DNA from: an uncultured Desulfobacterales bacterium
Lineage (GTDB): Bacteria > Desulfobacterota > Dissulfuribacteria > Dissulfuribacterales > QOAL01
DNA: 64,000 nucleotides
Reading direction: 5' to 3'
Assembly: GCA_964573805.1 (NCBI GenBank)
Contig: CAZNKP010000020.1
Coordinates: 3,761 to 67,760 of the forward strand
The notes under the pieces were generated by a model, which searched no databases, was not told the DNA's origin, and saw only the letters and a program-made list of their open reading frames with translations. Shown here piece by piece: positions 58,142 to 64,000 of this stretch (its first letter is position 1; every line of letters starts with the position of its first letter). The translations under genes and the position numbers were made by a program.

Positions 58142-58600
58142 CTAGGTCACCTTTATATGCACAGGCTCGCTCAGCCAGGTTCCATGAAGATTGCAATCTG
58201 CAACGGCCTCCAGTTTTGTGTCCCCTGGCTTGTTGAGCCTTATTTCAAAACATGCGTTGGAGGAGGTGATTCCCCCTGCCAAATTCACCACCTCGGAAAC
58301 CTTTTTACCACCTACGTGCAACTCAATACGGTCTATCCAGTGCTCAGGAATCGAGGGATGCTCCAACATGAAACCCACTTTCACATTCACATCAAACCAA
58401 CGCCCCTTTTTAACGGTCTTTGGAGCCTCCACAAGAGGCACGTGTTTCTTTTCAAGATTGGAAGGGCTTTTTTTATTTACCAAGGTGTTAATCTTTGCAT
58501 TGCCTGCCCCCATTTTATAGTGACCGGCCTGGGCGATCTTTTCCAAAAACATCAAGACCGCCCCTGTCATGCCAACCTTCACGAACTGTCTTCTTTTCAT
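58142..58600 (-). CDS. Tat-signal neelaredoxin-type (1Fe) superoxide reductase
   Basis: MKRRQFVK twin-arginine signal; EKKHVP, EHP...EHWI, CNLHG. Confidence 0.8.
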   Translation of the reverse strand: MKRRQFVKVGMTGAVLMFLEKIAQAGHYKMGAGNAKINTLVNKKSPSNLEKKHVPLVEAPKTVKKGRWFDVNVKVGFMLEHPSIPEHWIDRIELHVGGKKVSEVVNLAGGITSSNACFEIRLNKPGDTKLEAVADCNLHGTWLSEPVHIKVT

Positions 58601-58613
58601 TTTTTCAACCTTT

Positions 58614-59951
58614 TTATTTTACATTGAGGGTCATCTGGGCACTGTTTACAAGTATTGGACTATACTCGTCTTCCGGCAGTTTAAAGAATTTACCCACAGA
58701 GCTTGGCACCTGGGCATAGAATAAGTTTGCATTTATGGTTAATTTACCCTTAGGCAGATCCTTCGGAAGCTGCCATACATAGTTTTCTATCTTTGTCTCT
58801 CTTGGCTTGATTCTATAATCAACCAATGAATTGTCTTTGGTGTACCACTGGCATACGGTCATACGTCCCTTTGGATCAAAGAAGGGTTTTCTAAAGATTC
58901 TGGCGCCACTTGGCACGTCACCATCCCTTTTAAGTCCCTTAAAACCTTTGATTTCCATGATTTCTCCTATAGCTTGGTACGCCAAGGCCTTTGAGTTGGC
59001 AATGGTATACTCCTCACCCTTAAAACCTTTGGGTTTCACTGGAATCTGATAACTCTTGCCATTTTCATCAATGGCCACAACCTCAAGCCACAACATACGT
59101 TCTTCAGAGGAACCAGAAGGGATAGCGTGGCCTACTTTGCCATTGAACAACACTGCTCTAATGCTGAGACTACTGCCAGGAGATAGTTCTTTTTTGTTGG
59201 TATAAATGGCAAGATCAACCGCCCCTGCAAGTTTTGTTGAAGAATGGGAACCTTGAAAAACGTGATGGGCGATATCATCCCTTTCTTTGCCTCCCATGGC
59301 AGACTTGCCAGGATGCTTGTGCATGTGGCAATCCTGACAGGTAACGCCTTCTTTTGCATAAGGTCCTTGTTTCCATTCCCTATATGTAGATTTTACCCAT
59401 GCTCCATAGGGGCTCTGCTCATCGTGACAGGTTGCACAAAACTCTGCTGTCTTGTGAAACTGGCTAAACCTGGTGGAATGAAAAGAAGATTTTGCATCCT
59501 TTCTGGGACCATTCTTTACCTTCCCTGGCTCGATCTTGAAACTAAAATTAAACGGTTCTTTTTCAGTTGTGCCTGTAATGCTGTGACACACATCACAGGA
59601 CACGCCTTCGTTGGCCCGCGTATTGGCAGAGGCCTCCTTTGGCGGAATATCTCCAGACAAAAATGCCAAAGGGCCATGACACGCGATACAACCGGCCTTC
59701 ACGCCTGCAACCTTTTCCAGCTTTTTGGAATGGGGCAGGGCCAGCTTGAAATACTCGACCTGATCCCATCGGTGGGTAAAACTTTGGGACATCAATGTCT
59801 TTTGCCATTCCTGGTATATTGCCTTATGGCACATGCTGCACTTTTTAGGTTTTGAAAAGTCACTATACTTATGGCTACCCATCTGTGCGCCAAAGAGATA
59901 GCCAGGCACAATTAGCGCTATAAGCACGCCCAACAAGACCTTTCCTTTCAT
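58614..59951 (-). CDS. Periplasmic pentaheme cytochrome c (c554-like family)
   Basis: Signal peptide; CSMCH, CIACH, CDVCH, CATCH, CQDCH; GHAIPSG...R.LWLEV; start adjusted to MKGKV. Confidence 0.85.
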   Translation of the reverse strand: MKGKVLLGVLIALIVPGYLFGAQMGSHKYSDFSKPKKCSMCHKAIYQEWQKTLMSQSFTHRWDQVEYFKLALPHSKKLEKVAGVKAGCIACHGPLAFLSGDIPPKEASANTRANEGVSCDVCHSITGTTEKEPFNFSFKIEPGKVKNGPRKDAKSSFHSTRFSQFHKTAEFCATCHDEQSPYGAWVKSTYREWKQGPYAKEGVTCQDCHMHKHPGKSAMGGKERDDIAHHVFQGSHSSTKLAGAVDLAIYTNKKELSPGSSLSIRAVLFNGKVGHAIPSGSSEERMLWLEVVAIDENGKSYQIPVKPKGFKGEEYTIANSKALAYQAIGEIMEIKGFKGLKRDGDVPSGARIFRKPFFDPKGRMTVCQWYTKDNSLVDYRIKPRETKIENYVWQLPKDLPKGKLTINANLFYAQVPSSVGKFFKLPEDEYSPILVNSAQMTLNVK

Positions 59952-60064
59952 TCTCCTTCCTCCTTTTTTATAAGCAACTGCTGAGACCGTTTTTCTAAGA
60001 ACTTGTATTGAGAACCATTGAGCATGGGGGGGCTTGCCCCCCAACAATTACCCATCTGGTTTAT

Positions 60065-60658
60065 CTATTTGGCATGTTTTTTCAAATAGTCTTTAACCCC
60101 TTCTTGAGTAGGTTTCATGGCATCCTCTCCAGGCCGCCAATTGGCAGGGCAAACCTCGCCATGACCCTCATGATACTGTAATGCCTCGAGAATCCTTAGG
60201 GCCTCATCAATGTTTCTCCCAAGTGGCAGATCGTTCACAAGCTGATGCCTTACCACCCCGTCTTTATCAAGGAGGAATAAGCCCCTCAAAGAAATGCCTT
60301 CATCCTCAAGAAGAACTCCATATGACAAGGAGATCTTTTTTGTGAGATCTGAAACGAGAGGATAACTTATCTTTCCAATCCCACCTTCCTCTACAGGTGT
60401 TTGGCGCCATGCATAATGTGTAAATGGTGAGTCCACGGAGATGGCAAGAATCTCGCAGTTTTTCTCGCGGAACTTATCTGCCGCCTTGTCCAAGGCGATT
60501 ATTTCGGTTGGTCAGACAAAAGTAAAGTCTAAAGGATAGAAAAAGAGAAGAACATACTTCCCCTTGTACTGAGACAAGGTGATTTCTTCTATAGCATCAT
60601 TTGGCATTACAGCTTGGGCCTTAAAATCCGGTGCCTTCTTGGTAACCATTACACACAT
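60065..60658 (-). CDS. ahpC: Peroxiredoxin AhpC with selenocysteine at the peroxidatic position
   Basis: Two in-frame ORFs joined by TGA at 60514-60512 read [14 protein letters not shown]; resolving motif GEVCPANW. Confidence 0.92.
60482..60497 (-). promoter_or_regulatory. Bacterial SECIS hairpin
   Basis: CGCCTT-GGAC-AAGGCG; the G-starting loop lies 20 nt downstream of the UGA. Confidence 0.75.
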
Positions 60659-60726
60659 TTTTGCTTCCTCCTTGTTTTTGTTTTTTATTAACCCTATACG
60701 GGCAATATTTTTCAATTTCTGATCCC

Positions 60727-61302
60727 TTACCAGGTCTCTACCATAAGCTCAAAGTATCCCTTTGAATGGGCACAGGCCGGACACTTCTCAGGGGGCTCTT
60801 TGCCATCATGCACATAACCACAGTTTCTGCATTTCCATTTCACAGGCTCGTCCCTCTTAAAGACCTTGCCTTCTTCAATGTTTTGGGCAAGCTGCTTGTA
60901 ACGTTCCTCGTGGAACTTTTCTGCGACAGCTATTGCCTCAAATATGCAGGCAATTTCATTAAACCCCTCTTCTTTTGCCTTTGCCGCAAACTGGGGATAC
61001 ATCTGGGTATGCTCATAGTTTTCACCTTCTGCCGAAGCCTTTAGATTGTCAAGGGTGCTTCCTATAACGCCGGCAGGAAAACTTGCGCATATCTCGAGTT
61101 CACCGCCTTCTAAAAACTTGAATAACCTCTTGGCATGTTCTTTTTCCTGGTTGGCAGTCTCCTCAAACACAGCAGCGATTTGCACATAGCCTTCCTTTTT
61201 GGCTTTGCTTGCAAAATATGTGTAGCGATTTCTTGCCTGTGATTCCCCGGCAAAGGCCTTTAAAAGATTTTTTTCTGTTTCTGTACCCTTAAGTGATTTC
61301 AT
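60727..61302 (-). CDS. rbr: Rubrerythrin
   Basis: [24 protein letters not shown]-terminal CRNCG...CPAC. Confidence 0.96.
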   Translation of the reverse strand: MKSLKGTETEKNLLKAFAGESQARNRYTYFASKAKKEGYVQIAAVFEETANQEKEHAKRLFKFLEGGELEICASFPAGVIGSTLDNLKASAEGENYEHTQMYPQFAAKAKEEGFNEIACIFEAIAVAEKFHEERYKQLAQNIEEGKVFKRDEPVKWKCRNCGYVHDGKEPPEKCPACAHSKGYFELMVETW

Positions 61303-61377
61303 TGTTCTGTTATTTTTTTCCTTTCTTTCTTATTAGCTGTTATGTCTTTTAATTTCTTTTTTTGAAAGAGATGCGAC

Positions 61378-61626
61378 TCAGGCTTCTATTGCCTGACGAC
61401 CTGCCTCTGTAATTTCATATTTGCACCTTGAAGGGCTATCAAGAAGCCCCTTTGTCCTTAGACTTCTTATCCTGCAGCTAAGGGATTTTGAGGGGATTCC
61501 TGTTGCCTCTGCTATATCTTTTGAGGCTACAGGTCCTTCCATCTCAGCCATTGCCATAAGAATCCTCTTTTGCTCTTCAGTGAGCCTTAACTCTTTTTCT
61601 CCCGTTTTCTTACGCTTGCAAGCCAT
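61378..61626 (-). CDS. Small winged helix-turn-helix protein
   Basis: VASKDIAEATG...SLSCRIRSL..KGL...KYEIT..G; AGGAGG RBS. Confidence 0.7.
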   Translation of the reverse strand: MACKRKKTGEKELRLTEEQKRILMAMAEMEGPVASKDIAEATGIPSKSLSCRIRSLRTKGLLDSPSRCKYEITEAGRQAIEA

Positions 61627-61684
61627 TTTACCTCCTATTCTATCTATTTATTACATAATATTTTGAAAATGAAAATATATGCTT

Positions 61685-62080
61685 TTAATCTTTTTGAGAT
61701 CTGTTGTTTTGCTGGCAGAATGGACAAATTCCCTCAAACTGGACACCGCATTTTAGGATCTTATAGCCCCTGGAATCCAAAACCATGTCTAATATCTCTG
61801 AGTCATCCCTGGTTTTCACATCTGATATCCTGCCGCATTTTACGCAAAAAACATGGCTATGGGGGCTTATATCTCCATCAAACCTTTTCTGACGGCCACC
61901 GTATTCTAATTTATGTATCATCCCGGCCTCTGACAACCTCTCTAGGTTTCTGTAAACAGTCGCGATGCTAATTCTGGGAAGCCGTTTTCTTACTACCTCA
62001 TAAAGCTCGTCAGCCGTAGGATGGGTTTTAAGTTTTCGGAGCTCTTCCAAAATTATTTCCCGCTGGTTTGTAATTCTCAT
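61685..62080 (-). CDS. perR: Peroxide-stress regulator PerR (Fur family)
   Basis: HPTAD, TVYRNL, RFDG...HSHVFCVKCG..SD, CPFC; heads the rbr/ahpC cluster. Confidence 0.85.
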   Translation of the reverse strand: MRITNQREIILEELRKLKTHPTADELYEVVRKRLPRISIATVYRNLERLSEAGMIHKLEYGGRQKRFDGDISPHSHVFCVKCGRISDVKTRDDSEILDMVLDSRGYKILKCGVQFEGICPFCQQNNRSQKD

Positions 62081-62290
62081 TCAGAATCGAATCCTTTTTG
62101 ATAATTTTTACTATTTAATAGCATGTTTTAAAAAGAATGTCAATAAAGCAGATAAAAAAAATCATATTTATTTAATATGCAGACCTCTAATCTTTTGGCA
62201 CTAACAAGAATTATTCGTATCTTACAGTATTGTAACTGATAAATTTAACGATAAGATAAATGGATACTTTTAAAGGAGGAAAATTTCCTG

Positions 62291-63577
62291 ATGAAGATAG
62301 ATACTGTCGGAATCGTTGGCTTGGGTTATGTTGGTCTGCCTTTGGCCGTTGCCTTTGGCAAAAAGATTAACTGCATAGGTTTTGACATTAGTAAAGAAAA
62401 GATAGAGAACTTTAAAAACAAATCTGATCCAACAGGAGAAGTCTCAGAAAGAGACTTTACAGAGGCCACTAAACTTTCCTTTACTGCCAATCCAGAAGAG
62501 CTAAAGCAGGCCCAGGCAATCATTGTTGCTGTCCCAACCCCAATTACTAATGCTCATTTACCAGACCTTCGACACATACAATCAGCATCTGAGCTAGTTG
62601 GTCAGGCACTAACTCCTGGCACAATAGTGGTATATGAATCTACTGTCTATCCAGGCGTAACGGAAGACGTTTGTGTTCCTATTCTTGAAAGGGTTTCTGG
62701 TTTATCAAACGACACGGATTTCAAGGTTGGTTATTCCCCCGAACGCATAAATCCTGGAGATAAAGAACATACTCTATCTAAAATAGTAAAGGTGGTTGCA
62801 GCCCAAGATAAAGAGACCTTAGAAACAATAGCAGCATTATACGAATTGGTTGTAGAAGCCGGTGTCTATCGGGCTAGCAGTATAAAGGTGGCAGAGGCGG
62901 CTAAAGTGATTGAGAATACCCAAAGAGACCTAAATATTGCGCTCATGAATGAGTTGGCCATAATTTTTAACCGTCTTGGCATTGATACAAAAGAAGTCCT
63001 TGATGCTGCATGTACCAAATGGAATTTTCTTCCATTTAGACCCGGACTGGTAGGGGGACATTGCATTGGTGTTGACCCATATTACCTGACATATTGTGCC
63101 CAAATGACCGGCTACAGACCAGAAGTGATACTCGCTGGCAGGCGCATAAACGATTCCATGGGAGCCTATATAGCCCAACGCACGGTGAAAGAACTGATCC
63201 ATGCAGGGGTGCGTGTGCAAGGTGCTCGAGTTTCTGTTCTTGGCCTTACATTCAAGGAAAATTGCCCTGATATCAGGAACACAAAAGTTATGGATATTAT
63301 TGCCGAACTTAGAGATTATGGGATAGAACCTCTTGTTCATGATCCCCTTGCTGATCCAAGGGAAGCAGAAATGGTCTATGGTTTAAAGCTTGTTAAAGAT
63401 CTGCCTCCAAATTCTGATGCGGTTATATTGGCGGTGGCGCATGATGATTATATTAAAGAAGGACCCCAAAGGGTAATTCAAATGCTTACACCTGATAAAG
63501 GTGTTGTCGTGGATGTCAAAAGCATGTTCACGCAAAAAGATTTTGAAGGGGCAAATATTCGTTACTGGCGCCTATAA
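62291..63577 (+). CDS. UDP-GlcNAc/GalNAc 6-dehydrogenase (TviB/WbpO-like)
   Basis: [56 protein letters not shown]. Confidence 0.9.
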   Translation: MKIDTVGIVGLGYVGLPLAVAFGKKINCIGFDISKEKIENFKNKSDPTGEVSERDFTEATKLSFTANPEELKQAQAIIVAVPTPITNAHLPDLRHIQSASELVGQALTPGTIVVYESTVYPGVTEDVCVPILERVSGLSNDTDFKVGYSPERINPGDKEHTLSKIVKVVAAQDKETLETIAALYELVVEAGVYRASSIKVAEAAKVIENTQRDLNIALMNELAIIFNRLGIDTKEVLDAACTKWNFLPFRPGLVGGHCIGVDPYYLTYCAQMTGYRPEVILAGRRINDSMGAYIAQRTVKELIHAGVRVQGARVSVLGLTFKENCPDIRNTKVMDIIAELRDYGIEPLVHDPLADPREAEMVYGLKLVKDLPPNSDAVILAVAHDDYIKEGPQRVIQMLTPDKGVVVDVKSMFTQKDFEGANIRYWRL

Positions 63578-63596
63578 AGTTTTAAAGGAGGCAGGT

Positions 63597-64000
63597 ATGG
63601 CACTGACAAAGGAAGAAAAGATATTCTTATTAAGACTTGCTAGGGCTGCCATTGAAGCAGAGTTGCAGGGAAAGGCACTAGAGCTGCCATTGGTATCAAG
63701 TTCGGGGTTATTGGAAAAAAGAGGGGCCTTTGTTACCTTGCACAAACATGGCCAACTACGAGGCTGTATAGGTAACTTCGTTTCCGAGAAGCCCTTGTAT
63801 GAAACTGTGGCAGACATGGCCATTGCAGCCGCCTTTCAAGACCCAAGATTCAAACCACTTGAACCGCAAGAGTTAAAGGAGATTGACATAGAAATCTCTG
63901 CACTTACTCCCTTAGAGCCGGTCTCTAGTCCGGAAGATATAAAGGTTGGAAAACATGGCATCTATCTGATTAATGGACCTTATCACGGGGTGCTTTTGCC
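63597..64000 (+). CDS. amrA: AmmeMemoRadiSam system protein A (AMMECR1 domain), partial
   Basis: Manual translation MALTKEEK...GAFVTL...LRGCIG...DPRF...IEISAL...GKHGI...GVLL; runs off the window. Confidence 0.9.
   Translation, partial: MALTKEEKIFLLRLARAAIEAELQGKALELPLVSSSGLLEKRGAFVTLHKHGQLRGCIGNFVSEKPLYETVADMAIAAAFQDPRFKPLEPQELKEIDIEISALTPLEPVSSPEDIKVGKHGIYLINGPYHGVLL

Noticed and set aside
60065-60715. ahpC as a nonsense pseudogene or two separate genes
   Set aside because: The TGA is precisely at the catalytic Cys and is followed by a SECIS-like hairpin, so Sec recoding explains it better

Overview
Core-plus-accessory chromosomal window from an anaerobic Desulfobacterota (deltaproteobacterial) organism. 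The taxonomy is inferred from gene content: DVU0298-family, PxxKW, DUF4416, rbo/rub/roo genes and a RACo-like ATPase. Left to right: a patatin-like membrane phospholipase (partial, missed by the ORF track), nth, a Cache/PAS hybrid kinase, nrdDG with two NrdR boxes, and a glycan locus (4 GT4, AsnB, methyltransferase, MurJ-like flippase). Next come recR-ybaB-dnaX-ffs-2 tRNA-Ser, an LPS/housekeeping run (Trm112, rfaE1, yicC, DUF370, gmk, rlmB, waaA), and a Fur/PerR-linked MauG-like diheme enzyme + Tat metallophosphoesterase + SoxA/TsdA-like monoheme cytochrome. Then a loop-deleted CC-adding-type nucleotidyltransferase, a half-size TauE, argDFG, a ferredoxin-less RACo, crcB-DUF190 and a large secreted repeat protein. 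A V4R/GAF/PAS hybrid kinase lies divergent from a sigma54-type promoter upstream of an LpxL-like acyltransferase + enolase-superfamily pair. The right part has pncBA, two moeA, and a large PerR-headed oxidative-stress island with a UGA-selenocysteine peroxiredoxin, a Tat-exported superoxide reductase and a pentaheme cytochrome. No CRISPR array, rRNA, integrase or transposase was seen. Best candidates for undescribed systems: (1) the MauG-like/metallophosphoesterase(WxW)/Cys-heme cytochrome trio, (2) the V4R kinase / acyltransferase-enolase putative signal synthase-receptor module, (3) a periplasmic superoxide-reduction module. All family calls come from motif recognition; no database searches were run.
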